64,000 nt of DNA from an uncultured Holophagales bacterium (GCA_963842525.1 CAWJGT010000003.1:160001-224000), one strand, 5' to 3'. Positions 43,661 through 54,800 are shown, counted from the first letter of the stretch. The notes: generated from the letters alone by a model not told the origin. A program made the numbers and translations.

Positions 43661-45076
43661 GTGAGCGGACCCGATCCCATTCTCCAGCCTCCGGACGCCG
43701 CAGAGCGGCTCTCGTCCGTGGACTACGCCTGGCTGCGGATGGACGAGCCGGCCAACCTGATGATCATCAACGGGGTGCTGGTCCTGGACGAGCCGGTGGA
43801 TTTCGGCCGGTTGCGCTCGGTCGTCGAGCGGCGGCTGGCAGTGCTGCCGCGGTTCCACCAGCGTGTGGTCCTGCGCAAGCGGAAGCCCTACTGGGAGCCG
43901 GATTCCAATTTCGACCTCGACGCCCACCTCCAGCGCCAGCCGCTGCCGGAGCCCGGCGACGAGGCGGCCCTGCGCCAGGTCCTCAACGGCCTGATGAGCT
44001 CGCCGCTCGATCCGGAGCGGCCGCTGTGGAGCCTGCACCTCCTCGAGGGGTACAACGGCGGCTCCGTCCTCTTCGGCAAGATCCATCATTGCATCGGCGA
44101 CGGCGTTGCGCTGCTGATGGTCGTCCTCTCGCTGACCGATCTGGCGCCGGGGCCGTCGGCGGCGCCCAATCCGGTCACCGGGCTGCTGCGGGGGAGCGAA
44201 GAGGAGGTCCATGCCGCCCGCGAGCTCGTCGAGCAGATCATGCCCGATGCCGTGCGCCTCATGGCGATGCCGGTCGAGGCGCTGCGCCGGACCGCCACCT
44301 GGGTCAAGGGGCTGGGATCGGTGGCGGCCTTCGGCCGGCTCGCCCTCCGCCTGCCGGACCCCAGGACGATCTTCAAAGGTCCGCTCGGGGTCGAGAAGCG
44401 GGTCGCCTGGTCGGACGCGGTGCCGGTGGAGGAGGTGAAGGCCATCGGACGGGTGTTGGGCGGGACGGTCAACGACGTGCTCCTCACCGTGGTGGCCGGC
44501 GGCATGCGGCGCTACCTGGAGCGGCGCGGGCAACCGGTGAACGGCCGGCTGAGCTTCCGCGCGGCCATGCCGGTCAACCTGCGCCCGCTGGAGAAGATGG
44601 CACGGCTCGGCAACGAGTTCGGGCTCATCTTCCTCTCCCTGCCGGCCGGCATCGTCGATCCGGCGGCGCGGCTGACCGAGCTGCGGCGGCGCGCCGCGGC
44701 GCTCAAGCGCTCGCTCGAGCCCCTCGTCGTCTACCGGGTGCTCCAGCTCCTGGGGATGACCCCGCTGGTGGTGCAGAAGATCGTGGTGCGCATCTTCGGG
44801 ACGAAAGCCACGGCGGTGATGACCAACGTGCCCGGCCCGCGCGAGACCCTGTACCTGGCGGGCAAGCCGATCCGGGAGATCTTCTTCTGGGTGCCGCAGT
44901 CGGGCCGGCTGGGGCTCGGCTTCAGCATCTGCAGCTATGCCGGGCATGTCCGGGTCGGCGTCGGCACGGACGCCTGCCTGGTCCCCGATCCCGAGGCGAT
45001 CGTCGAGGGTCTCCATGAAGAGCTCGCGGCGATGCGGGAGCTGGCCGGCCTCCCCGCCGCGCCCTCGCCTGCGTAA
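43661..45076 (+). CDS. Wax ester synthase/diacylglycerol acyltransferase (WS/DGAT)
   Basis: LSSVDYAWLRM, PLDPERPLW, HHCIGDG (HHxxxDG), TVNDV, PVNLR, TNVPGP, SYAG. Confidence 0.93.
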   Translation: MSGPDPILQPPDAAERLSSVDYAWLRMDEPANLMIINGVLVLDEPVDFGRLRSVVERRLAVLPRFHQRVVLRKRKPYWEPDSNFDLDAHLQRQPLPEPGDEAALRQVLNGLMSSPLDPERPLWSLHLLEGYNGGSVLFGKIHHCIGDGVALLMVVLSLTDLAPGPSAAPNPVTGLLRGSEEEVHAARELVEQIMPDAVRLMAMPVEALRRTATWVKGLGSVAAFGRLALRLPDPRTIFKGPLGVEKRVAWSDAVPVEEVKAIGRVLGGTVNDVLLTVVAGGMRRYLERRGQPVNGRLSFRAAMPVNLRPLEKMARLGNEFGLIFLSLPAGIVDPAARLTELRRRAAALKRSLEPLVVYRVLQLLGMTPLVVQKIVVRIFGTKATAVMTNVPGPRETLYLAGKPIREIFFWVPQSGRLGLGFSICSYAGHVRVGVGTDACLVPDPEAIVEGLHEELAAMRELAGLPAAPSPA

Positions 45077-45126
45077 TGCCCTTTTTCCGCTATGCTTGTG
45101 CCATTACGACGAGGAGACTTCAGCCG

Positions 45127-45678
45127 ATGAGGCTAGAGACCCGGTTCTTTCCACTCGTGATGGCGCTGCTCGCCATACCTGCCAGCTCTCCGGCCCAGGC
45201 ACCCGAAACCAGCCCGGTCCCTGCGGGCGCCCTCAACACCTGGACCTTCAGCACCGACGCCTCCAACAACCTGGTGATCCAGGACCTCTCCTCGTTCAGC
45301 TCGTCGCAGGGCACGGCCGTCGGCCAGTCGATCTGCCTGCAGTTCGTCATGCCCTGCCCGACCGACGCGGTGCGGACGCGACGCCGCTATTCGTTGCGCA
45401 ATCAGCGGGAAAAGGGGGCGGAGTGGAGGATGGAGCTGGGCGAGGCCAGCTTCCAGAACGGCGCCATGACGCTGCCTGTCCAGGTGGGTGTCATCGAACA
45501 GGGAGTCGTGCAGATCCTCAGCTCGCCGGGTCCCTGGACCGCGGACCTGCGGCGGATCCCCGCGGCGGAGCTGCGGGCCGGAGAAGGTAAGAAGTGGAAC
45601 GTGACGCTCAGCCTGGCCGAGGACTCCTCGGGCCAGGGGTGCTGGATCGAGGTCCAGTGCCCGGCCGGCGGAGGCTAG
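45127..45678 (+). CDS. Secreted hypothetical protein
   Basis: GAGGAG RBS; signal peptide MRLETRFFPLVMALLAIPASSPA. Confidence 0.65.
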   Translation: MRLETRFFPLVMALLAIPASSPAQAPETSPVPAGALNTWTFSTDASNNLVIQDLSSFSSSQGTAVGQSICLQFVMPCPTDAVRTRRRYSLRNQREKGAEWRMELGEASFQNGAMTLPVQVGVIEQGVVQILSSPGPWTADLRRIPAAELRAGEGKKWNVTLSLAEDSSGQGCWIEVQCPAGGG

Positions 45679-45727
45679 CCGGCCCGGCCCGATCGCGTGG
45701 GGGCGGAGAGGAGTAGAATCGTTTCGT

Positions 45728-46429
45728 ATGACCTCGGCGGTTCCTACCGGCGGGACGCGGCGGGTGGCCGGGTTGGCGGTGTTGGTCTTCGCCGCTGCGG
45801 CAGCCCTCTCGTTGAAGGCGGGGTTTGACCTGGTCCTGCGGCGGGGGAGCTTCCCCGCCTGGTTCGTGCCGGCGTTCGTGGCCGGCCTGGGGGTCCTGCT
45901 CGTCTGGGCCGGCGCGGTCACGGCCCGGATCTGGAAAACCCGCAGCACCGCATTGCCGGCGGGCGGCGGTCTCGCCCGCGCGGTCTGGCTGCTCGTCCCC
46001 CTCTCCTTCGTCTGTACCTCGACGGTCCACCAGCTCTATCCGTTCCGTCCCTCGCTGGCGGCGGCCTGGCCGGAGGCCGGCCCGGTGCTCCGCTTCAACC
46101 TTGTGCTGACAGGCCTGGGCTTCGCCGCCGCGGCGGTCCTGTCGGTCCTCTACCTCGCCGGCCGCCGCCGCACGGCCCTGCTGGGCCTCCTGGCGCTCGG
46201 CCTCGTGCTGCTGGTGCCCAACGACGACTGCGCGAACCCCTTCAACGCCTGGTGGCTGGCGACCGTCGGCGCCTCGCCGCTGATGTTCGTGCCGAACCTC
46301 TACGCCGGACTCTTCGCCGCCGGCGCCCTGCTCGGGGTCTGGCCGCGATGGAACGCACTGGCCGTGGCGGGGGCGTGCGCCGGCGTCGCGCTCCTCGGCC
46401 TCGGGCACATGACCCGGGTGATCTGGTAG
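45728..46429 (+). CDS. Multi-pass membrane protein
   Basis: About seven hydrophobic segments; PNDDCANPFNAWW and GASPLM motifs. Confidence 0.7.
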   Translation: MTSAVPTGGTRRVAGLAVLVFAAAAALSLKAGFDLVLRRGSFPAWFVPAFVAGLGVLLVWAGAVTARIWKTRSTALPAGGGLARAVWLLVPLSFVCTSTVHQLYPFRPSLAAAWPEAGPVLRFNLVLTGLGFAAAAVLSVLYLAGRRRTALLGLLALGLVLLVPNDDCANPFNAWWLATVGASPLMFVPNLYAGLFAAGALLGVWPRWNALAVAGACAGVALLGLGHMTRVIW

Positions 46430-46575
46430 GCGATGGCGGGTATAATGAAGGCATTGGCACGTATGCCTTACAGTCTCTCGCCTCGAAGCCTGGGGCAAAG
46501 TCAGGAGCACCGGGAGCCGCGACCGGAAGGTCGGCCCCGGCGCAGTGCTTTGGTCTACCTTCAAGGAGAAACGTC

Positions 46576-46911
46576 ATGGAGCTTCCGCTCACCATCACAG
46601 CGCACGAAGTGGATCTTCCCGAGTCGGTCGAAGCCGTCATCCGTGAGAAGGCTTCGAAGCTGGAGAAGTTCAACGGCCGGGTCATCGGGTGTCACGTCAC
46701 CGTGGAAGGCCCCGGCCGCCATCATCGCAACGGCGGTCCCTACAACGTGCGCATCGATCTGACCGTCCCGGGCAGCGAGATCCTGGTCAACCACAAGGCT
46801 GCGCCGGAGCTGACCGCCGCGGTCCGCGAGGCCTTCGATGCCGCGCGCCGCCGGCTCGACGAGCACCGCGACCTCATGCTGGCGCGGAGGAAAGAGGCGA
46901 AGCCGGAGTAG
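46576..46911 (+). CDS. HPF/RaiA (S30EA) ribosome-associated protein
   Basis: AAGGAG RBS; MELPLTIT..IREKASKLEKF..CHVTVE..YNVRIDLTVPG..AVREAFDAARRRL; TATAAT at 46441. Confidence 0.85.
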   Translation: MELPLTITAHEVDLPESVEAVIREKASKLEKFNGRVIGCHVTVEGPGRHHRNGGPYNVRIDLTVPGSEILVNHKAAPELTAAVREAFDAARRRLDEHRDLMLARRKEAKPE

Positions 46912-46940
46912 GGCTGCCGCGCGCCGGCCGCGAGGTCCGA

Positions 46941-46967
46941 GGCCCCGGGGGAACCCGGGGCCTTTTC
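46941..46967 (+). terminator. Rho-independent terminator
   Basis: GGCCCCGGG-GGAA-CCCGGGGCC-TTTT. Confidence 0.75.
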
Positions 46968-47129
46968 ATTGGATGAGCGCTTGACCGCCTCTGGAGATCC
47001 ATGCAACTCTTCGCGGACCCAGAACCGACCCGTCGTCGCGTCTGAAACCGAAGTCGGCCTGCGAGCAAGGAGCTGTCCAGGCGTCGGCTTTTCTGTTGCA
47101 CCGCCTGCGCCTGACGGAGGGGATCAGAG

Positions 47130-49083
47130 ATGGCCTTGATCGAGATAGGCGGGGGTCTTTCCCGCGGATTGGACCCTGCGCGAGGAGGTCCTGCCGGCCC
47201 GGTCGGAGGCCGGGAACCGGAACGGCGCCTCCGAGGTCTTCTGCGATGCCGTCGTCCTCGTGGCCACGGCGCTCCACCTCGATTCCGCGGGGACAGGGCC
47301 TTTCCTCCAGTGGCTGCGCCGGTTCGACCTGCCGACCTTCCTGGTGCTGACCCGCTTCCATCAGATGCGGCGCACCGAAGACGTGATCCACCGCAAGACG
47401 GCGGAGGCCGCGCGGCGCCTCGACGTCCTCCGCCTCCGGGTCTTCGCCTGCTCCGCGGAGCCCGGCCCGGGCCTCGTCACAGTGCCGGAGGCGGCGCGCG
47501 AGATCCGCTCTGCGGTCGAAGCCGGTTTCCCGGAGGTGCGTCCGCGGCACGTCGTTGCGCTCAGCCGTGCCTGGCTCGACCGCTCCCGCGCCGAGGTCCG
47601 AATCCTGCGCGACGGCCTGCAGGAGCGGCGCAGCCACCTCCGGGCCGAGTCGAGGGTGGCCCGCAGCACCATACGCGGGCTCCTGGTGCTCGCCGGGACC
47701 GTGGGGGAGTCGCTGCGCCGCTGGAGCGCCGGCTTCGTCGAGAGCGTCGGAAGCCTGACCTGGGGCGCGATCCGGCCCCAGGTGGAGCTGGACACCGCGG
47801 CTCGTGACGAAGACTGGGCGGCTGCTCTGCAACGAGCCCTGTCCGCGGCCCTCGTCGAGCGCTGGCGCGCGCGATCGGCATCCACCCCCTGGTGCTCCTG
47901 GGCGACGGCTACTTCAAGATCCCCGAAGGAGAGCTCTTCCACTATACGCAGCCGCTGGCCCTGTTGCGGGAGCACTCTGGCCGGAGCCCTGTCGTGGCCT
48001 TCCGCTGCCCGCGCGACATGGCGCCGCTCTCCGGGCGGGCCAGGCAGTACTTCCAGGCGCTCGGCGCTCTTGCCGTCCTCGCCCGTGCGCGCGGCTTGGC
48101 TGAAGGTTTCCGGCATCTGGAGGCGGATCTCGCCCAGGCGTGCGAGGGCGCACAGGCGGCCGGCTCGGCCGGAGGGATGCGCAAAGCGTTCCTGATGCTC
48201 CTGTACGGCCGGCTGGCGGCGATCCGCGAAGCTCTCGCCACCTGCATGAGCCCGGACCCGGGCGCGGGGGCGGCGCGCCTCCGTGCTCTCCGTGATCTTC
48301 ACCGCCCGGCTGAGCCCGCGCCACCAGTTGCCGCGCGAATTTGCGCTCGACAAGGCGGGTTGGGAGCTGTTCCAGGGCGGCGAGGGCCGGCCGCCGCTCG
48401 CCGAGGACCCGATCTGCTACCTCTTCCTCGACAAGGCGCGCATTCATCTGCAGCACGACTTCCTGCGGCTCGCCTCCCTCGTCGATACGCCGGGGCTCGG
48501 CTCGGTCACCGACCGCCACGACGAGATCACGGAGACGTACCTGCGCGGCCGGAGCGGCCTGATCGTCAAGATGGATCACCAGTGGGAGCGCAGGGAGATG
48601 TGGCGCCTCGTCCACCTCATCCGGGCGCTGCCGGAGGAGCGGACGCGTGGCCTGCGCTCGGACCTGAGCCGGCTTGGTGGCGAGCTGCGGGAAGAGATCC
48701 AGGACAAGCACGGCAAGCTGGAGCGGCGGCAGGAGGCCGCGGCTGCCGAGCAGAAGAAGCTCCTGGAATCGATCCTGCGGCAGACGGAGGACGCGCGCAA
48801 GCAGCTCCAGGCCCTCCCCGGCGTGATCTCGGCCCAGGAGAAGAAGCTGACCGGCAAGCAGGACTCCCTGCGAGATGGTCTGGGCGCTTTGCAGAAAGAG
48901 CTCCCCGAGCAGTTTCACAACCGCCGCGAGCTCGGCGAGATCCTCAATCGAATGATCACCGAGCAGCGGTCCCTCTTCCAGCAGAGCGCTCGTACCATGC
49001 AGCGGCAGATCCGCATCGCCCAGGTCCTGGGCGGCCTCGCTGCTCTCCTCTCGCTGATCGCCTGGCTGGCGACCCGCACCTGA
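47130..49083 (+). pseudogene. Decayed dynamin-like GTPase locus (several frames, internal deletions)
   Basis: CDAVVLVATA..PTFLVLTRF (G4-like) in one frame; LVDTPGLGS..HDEIT (G3) in another; coiled coil plus C-terminal TM; no P-loop found. Confidence 0.5.
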
Positions 49084-49140
49084 CCGAGCATTGACCGCCT
49101 GCTGCGGATCAAGAGACGCCCGACCGGTTTGGCGATGCCT

Positions 49141-49352
49141 GTCACGCGGACCTGGCTCCCTGCCAGCGGGACCGTGAAACACGGTCCGGTCTTGCGGTCC
49201 GTGTCACTGGGACCACGCTCCCTGTGACACGGACCCTGGGTCCGGTCACGCGGACCGCGATCCCCGCCACAGGAGGCTCCAAGCCGGACGCCGGACCGCA
49301 GGTCGACCGACAGGCCCCAAGGTCCGCGTGACGCATTTCGCGGTCCCAGTCG
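49141..49352. repeat. Degenerate ~21-bp tandem repeat (GTCACGCGGACC core)
   Basis: GTCACGCGGACCTGGCTCCCT / GTCACTGGGACCACGCTCCCT / GTGACACGGACCCTGGGTCCG / GTCACGCGGACCGCGATCCCC. Confidence 0.55.
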
Positions 49353-49366
49353 TGCGGAGCCCGGCA

Positions 49367-49448
49367 GAGCCTCACCCCCTGGCCCCCTCTCCCGTGCGTC
49401 CACCACCCGCCACACCCCGAACGGGAGAGGGGTCGGGGGAGAGGGCTC
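49367..49448. repeat. CCCTCACCCC-family palindromic element
   Basis: GCCTCACCCCCTGGCCCCCTCTCCCG...CGGGAGAGGGGTCGGGGGAGAGGGC. Confidence 0.8.
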
Positions 49449-49507
49449 ACAGCGGCGGCCTCGCCACCAGCACTTTCCAGACGTCCTCTGAGGATCTTGG
49501 GGGCGGC

Positions 49508-51718
49508 TCACAGGTAACCCAGCGCCCGCAGCCGCTCGCGCGCCTCTTTGTCGAGTTGCGCGGGCTCGGGCTTGAGGCCTTGCCGGCTGCGCAGGATCTC
49601 GGCCCGGATCTGCGCCAGGAGCCAGCCGGCCCGCACGGGGTTCTGGCGGATCCGGTTCGGGCCCTCCTCGCCACTCCGGTCGAGACGGAAGAGCTGGGGG
49701 CCCGGCGCCAGCGCCCAACTTTGCGGCAGGATGGCCTTCCAGCCGGCGTGGACGATGCTCACCCCCGTCCGGTTGCGGTAGCTCAGGTGGGAGAAGGCCT
49801 TGCGCGCGGTCAAGTCATCCGGATCGGATTCCAGGGCGGCGAGGCGGCGCAGGTCGGTCCCCGGCCGGCCGGCCGGCGGCGCGAGGCCGGCGGCACGGAG
49901 GATCGTCGGCAGGAGGTCGACGTGCTGGGCGAGCTGGCGGACCCGCTCGCCTCGGGTCTGCCCCGGCCACTTCACGATCAGCGGGATGTCCAGGACCTCC
50001 CGGTAGAGGTCGTGGGCGTGGCCGATCTGGCCGTGCTCGCCGAGCTCTTCGCCATGGTCGGACACGAAGACAACGAGCGAGCCGTCGTAGAGCCCACGCG
50101 ACCGGAGGGCGTCGAGGAGCGCGCCGAAGCTGCGGTCGTTGCCGGCGACCTCGGCGTCGTAGAGGGGGATCAGCTCGCGGACCAGCGCTGCCCGGCTCTC
50201 CCCCCGCGCCGCGTAGACCCGCTTCAGGTCCTCGGTCGAGCCGGCCTCCGGACGAAGCCCCGGGGCGAAGCGCACGCGGTCCTCGAAAGCGGGCTCGTAG
50301 GGAGCGTGCGGATCGAGGGTATGGATATAGAGGAAGAAAGGGCTCTGCCCGGCGTGGGCGTCCAGCCAGGCCAGGACGCGCCGGTTCACCGTGCCGGAGC
50401 CTGTCTCTTCCATGTCCAGAGAGAAGTCGTCGAACCCCTGATCCAGGCCGGTCGCCGGGCTGACGTGCCCGTTGGTGCTGAAGGCCGCCGTCCGGTAGCC
50501 GGCGGCGCGCAGCAGCTCGGGCAGGGTCGCGGCCTCCGCAGCGAGCTTGTCATCGAGCGTCCGGACGCCGTGAGCCAGCGGTCCCAGCCCGGTCAGGATC
50601 GAGGCGACCGAGGGCCGGGTCCACGGTGACTGCGCCACGGCGTGCCCGAACAGGGAGGCCGTCCGCGCGAAGGCGTCAATCCGCGGCGAGGTGGGCTGCC
50701 GCGACCCGTAGGCGCCCACCCGGTCGGCACGCAGGGTGTCGACCAGGTAGACGATGACGTTGGGACGTCGTTTTTCTCCCCCTCTCCCGGTACCGGGAGA
50801 GGGGGCCGGGGGGTGAGGGCTTTGGGAGAGGGGGGAGGAGGGACGGGCACGGACCACAGGGCGTTCCAGGACCAGTCCGCCGGCCGAGGAGGGGTTCGCC
50901 GGGACGGCGCGCAGGGTGAGCCGAAGCAGGTGGTGGCCATGTCCGGGCAGCTCGATCGACTGACGGTCGGGGCCGGGCTCGAGGGTCTCGAGAATTCGTT
51001 CCTCCTCGCCTTCTTCCTGGGCGGCGACCACGAGACGCCCCTCTCCCCCGCGCGCCTGGAGCCCGCCGAGCCAGAGGATTCCCTCGGAGGGGACGTCGAG
51101 GTAGTAGACGGCCTCGGTCCCGAAGGGGAGGACCAGCGTTCCCGCCTCCGCGCGCGGCGGCTCGACGGCGCTCGCGCGGGCTGGCCGAAGGCGCAGCAGG
51201 TCCCAGGAGACTGCGAGATCGCGGTGGTCGTATCTGATCACCCGGCGGTAGCGGAAAGCCAGGCGGTTCCTGCCGGCCACCTGGGCCTCTCGTGGCAGCT
51301 CCACCGTGTAGTCGTGGAGCTTGGGGCTCAAGGTCAGCTCGGCCACCCGCTGGCCGTTCAGCTCGACGGTCATGGTCTGGAGGGCTTTGTCCCCAGCTTC
51401 GAACGGGGCGCACCGCAGCTCGGCCCGCAGGTCGCGCGGCGCCGCCAGGAAGATCTCGACGACCGAGATCTTCCCTTTGCTCCAGACGACCGTCGGCCCT
51501 TGGCGGCCTCCCCCCTCGTTGCGGTACCAGCCGCTCGCCAGATGGGTCCGGGCCGCCGCCGTCCCGAAGTCGACCTGCCCGACCTCCCGCCGTGCTTCGG
51601 CCACTGGGAGGAGGGCGGCCAGGTCATGAACCGGCTCCAGAGGGCCCTGCGTCCGCGCGCAGGCTCCAAGGGCGAACGCCAGGGCCAGGGCTGCGGAACG
51701 GGACCTCGGGGCGACCAC
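49508..51718 (-). CDS. Sulfatase-like (alkaline phosphatase superfamily) lipoprotein
   Basis: Lipobox ALGAC; PNVIVYLVDTLRAD, SPWTRPSVASILTG, DPHAPY, SDHGEELGEHG; C-terminal RLRALGYL; start may instead be 51739. Confidence 0.88.
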   Translation of the reverse strand: MVAPRSRSAALALAFALGACARTQGPLEPVHDLAALLPVAEARREVGQVDFGTAAARTHLASGWYRNEGGGRQGPTVVWSKGKISVVEIFLAAPRDLRAELRCAPFEAGDKALQTMTVELNGQRVAELTLSPKLHDYTVELPREAQVAGRNRLAFRYRRVIRYDHRDLAVSWDLLRLRPARASAVEPPRAEAGTLVLPFGTEAVYYLDVPSEGILWLGGLQARGGEGRLVVAAQEEGEEERILETLEPGPDRQSIELPGHGHHLLRLTLRAVPANPSSAGGLVLERPVVRARPSSPLSQSPHPPAPSPGTGRGGEKRRPNVIVYLVDTLRADRVGAYGSRQPTSPRIDAFARTASLFGHAVAQSPWTRPSVASILTGLGPLAHGVRTLDDKLAAEAATLPELLRAAGYRTAAFSTNGHVSPATGLDQGFDDFSLDMEETGSGTVNRRVLAWLDAHAGQSPFFLYIHTLDPHAPYEPAFEDRVRFAPGLRPEAGSTEDLKRVYAARGESRAALVRELIPLYDAEVAGNDRSFGALLDALRSRGLYDGSLVVFVSDHGEELGEHGQIGHAHDLYREVLDIPLIVKWPGQTRGERVRQLAQHVDLLPTILRAAGLAPPAGRPGTDLRRLAALESDPDDLTARKAFSHLSYRNRTGVSIVHAGWKAILPQSWALAPGPQLFRLDRSGEEGPNRIRQNPVRAGWLLAQIRAEILRSRQGLKPEPAQLDKEARERLRALGYL
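50776..50840. repeat. CCCTCACCCC-family element in frame inside the sulfatase linker
   Basis: Encodes PSSPLSQSPHPPAPSPGTGRGGEK. Confidence 0.8.
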
Positions 51719-51848
51719 GGTCCGCGGAAGGTAGCACAACGGTTTGCCGATCTGTGTTGAAGCTCTTCCATGTCGTCGGGAGCTGTGGTATACGTCCGAC
51801 GCACCTTTGTACCCTGGTCGAGACGCACACCCTCAGGAGGTGACCATC

Positions 51849-54800
51849 GTGCTGGACTTCGTCAGGAGCGGACTCGTCCGCTGCATCGCTCTGCTTGCCT
51901 TGCTTGTCTACGTCCCACCCCTGGCTGCCGCCACGGCTCCAAGCCCGAGCGACAGCAGGCCCAAGCTCGGCCGTATGGTCGACGCCCGGGTCAACTTGAA
52001 GGATTCCTACCAGCGGGCCACGGGCGCCCGGTCCGCGGCGGCTGAGGCAGGCCTTGCCGAAGCTCGCCGCAGGGCCCCGGCGATCGGCGCCGCCATCGCA
52101 GAGCTCAAGCGCAGCCTGCCAGGCCTGGAGGTGAAGTTCTCCGGCCTGACCGGCGGCGTCATCTCGGTCCAGAACAAGGGCGGCGCGTTGACCGTCCCGG
52201 CTCCCGGCCGCAGCAGCGAGGAGATCGTGCTCGGCTTCCTGCGCGATCACGCCGGCCTCTACGGGCTCTCGGCCGCCGACGTCGCCGATCTCGCCGTCCT
52301 CGGCGACAGCCCCGGCGGCGAGAGCGGGCTGCGCATGCTCCGCATGGAGCAGCAGATCGCCGGCCGTCCGATCTTCCAGAGCGAAACCCGCTTCCTGCTC
52401 GACCGCCAGGGCCGCCTGGTGAAGAGCGTCGGGTCGCTGGTCCCGCACGCCAGGACGTTCGCGCCGCATCTGCCGTCGGCGCAGCTCCTGCCGCGGCGAG
52501 GCCATGTCGCGCCTGATGGCGGCCCATGGCAGGACCGTGGGTCCCGCCGCCTTCACCGTCACCGGCCAAAGCGGAGTGTGGACCGTGCTGGCGTCGACGG
52601 ACGAGCTCGTGGCCGGCCCGATCCACGCCCGCGAGGTGCTCTTCCCGCTCGCCCCCGGCCTGCTGGTGCCGGCGTGGTCGCTGGTCGTGTTCACCAGCGG
52701 CGACGAGGACTGGTACGCCGTCGTCGACGCCGAGACGGGCGACCTGCTGTGGCGCAAGAACATCCGCAACTATGTTTCGACCCACGACGCGCGCTTCCGG
52801 GTCTATGTGCAGGCCGACGGCGTCACTCCGGCCGACAGCCCGGCGCCGCAGTCGCCGAGCCCGGCAGTCTCCGGGGCCGGCACCCAGTTTGCGGAGATTC
52901 TGCCGTCGCTCGTCAGCATGCATACCGCCATGGACGCCACGGCCAGCCCGGACGGCTGGATCAACGACTGCCCGGGCGGCATCTGCACGGCCAACGAGAC
53001 CCAGACCCTGGGCAACAACGTGCTGGCCTGCCTCGACCGTGAGGCGTGCCGGCCAACACCTGCGATACCGGCGCCAACAGCGTGCTCGACGGCAACGGCC
53101 GGCCGACTGGCAATCCGGACGCCAACACCCGCGACCGCGACTTCCTCGGCACGGCGCCGCGTGACTTCCAGACCAACTACCTGCCCGCCCCGCAAGGCGG
53201 GGCCGCCGGTGCCGAAACCGGCCAGACCCCGACCGGCGTCGGCGTCCCTCAGACGATCTTCCGGCGCGGCTCGGTGACGCAGCAATTCTACGTCTCCAAC
53301 TGGTACCACGACCAGCTCTTCGCCCTCGGCTTCGACGAGGCCGCGGGCAATTTCCAGCAGACCAACTTCAGCGGCATGGGCCTCGGCGGCGACCGCGTCC
53401 TGATCGACGTGCAGGACGCCAGCGGGACCAACAACGCCAACTTCGGCACGCCGCCCGACGGCGTCTCGGGCCGTGCCCAGATGTTCCGCTTCACCGGCCC
53501 CACGATCGACCGCGACGGCGGCCTCGACAGCGAGATCCTGATCCACGAGCTGACGCACGGCACCAGCAACCGGATCGTCGGCAATGCGGCGGGGCTCAAC
53601 TGGGATCCCGCGGCCGGCATGGGAGAAGGCTGGAGCGACTTCTATGCCGTGGCGCTGCTCAACAACACCAACGCCGACGATCCGGACGGGCAGTACGCGA
53701 CCGGCGCCTACGCCACCTACAAGTTCATCTTCCCCACCATCAGCCCCGCCTATGTCGACAACTATGTCTACGGCATCCGCCGGTTCCCGTACAGCACGGA
53801 CAACACGGTCAACCCGATGACCTGGGCCGATTTGAGCGACGTCAGCTATGACTTGAGCGGCGGCATCCCTCCCGACCCGCTCGACAGCTCCTTCGGCGGC
53901 GGCGCGGAGGTGCACAACGCCGGCGAGCTCTGGGCTCTCTCGCTGTGGGAGGTGCGCGGCCGGATCATCGCCGACCCAGCCGGCGCCAACGGCGACGTGC
54001 CGACCGGCAACCAGACGACGCTTGAGATCGTCACCGGCGGCCTCAAGATGACGGCGCCCGATCCGACGTACACCGATGCGCGCGACGCGATCATCGACGC
54101 CGACTGCGCCACCAATGCCTGCGCCAACGAGGAGTCGATCTGGGGAGGGTTCGCCGACCGCGGGCTCGGCTATCGGGCACGGTCCCCCTACTTCGTCGCG
54201 ATCGCCTTCATCTCCAGCCATCAGGGGGTCGAGGAGTCGTTCAACAGCCCCTACCTCGACGTCGTGGACGCGGGGACCGACGTGGCCATCGACGACACCG
54301 CCAGCAACAACAACGGCGCGATCGACCCGGGCGAGGCGGTTGCGCTCACGGTCACCCTGACCAACCCGTGGCGCGCCGCGAGCAAGGCGGTGGCCAGCGC
54401 GACCGCGACGCTCACCACCTCCACGCCGGGCGTGACGATCTTCGACAACACCGCCACGTACGGCGCCATCGCGCCCCAGGGCACGGCCGCCGGCGACGTC
54501 TTCACCATCGCCGTCGACGAATTGGTCCTCTGCGGCAGCGCCATCGACTTCACGGTCACCACCGTGTTCGAACATCGGCACCACGGCGGCCACCTTCCGG
54601 CTGCGCGTGGGCGCGGCGAGCGGCACGGATCCGGTCGTCACCTACACCGGCAATCCCGCTCCGGATCTCGCCGTCCCGGACAACACCCCGCAGGGCGTCT
54701 TCCACACGATGACCATCACCGACGACTTCGAGATCGCCGACATCGACTTCCGCGTCGACGACCTTCCCCATACCTTCGTCGACGATCTGAACGTGATGCT

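Noticed and set aside
52490-54570. Programmed ribosomal frameshifting in the M36 gene
   Set aside because: No slippery heptamers, and similar indels occur in unrelated genes
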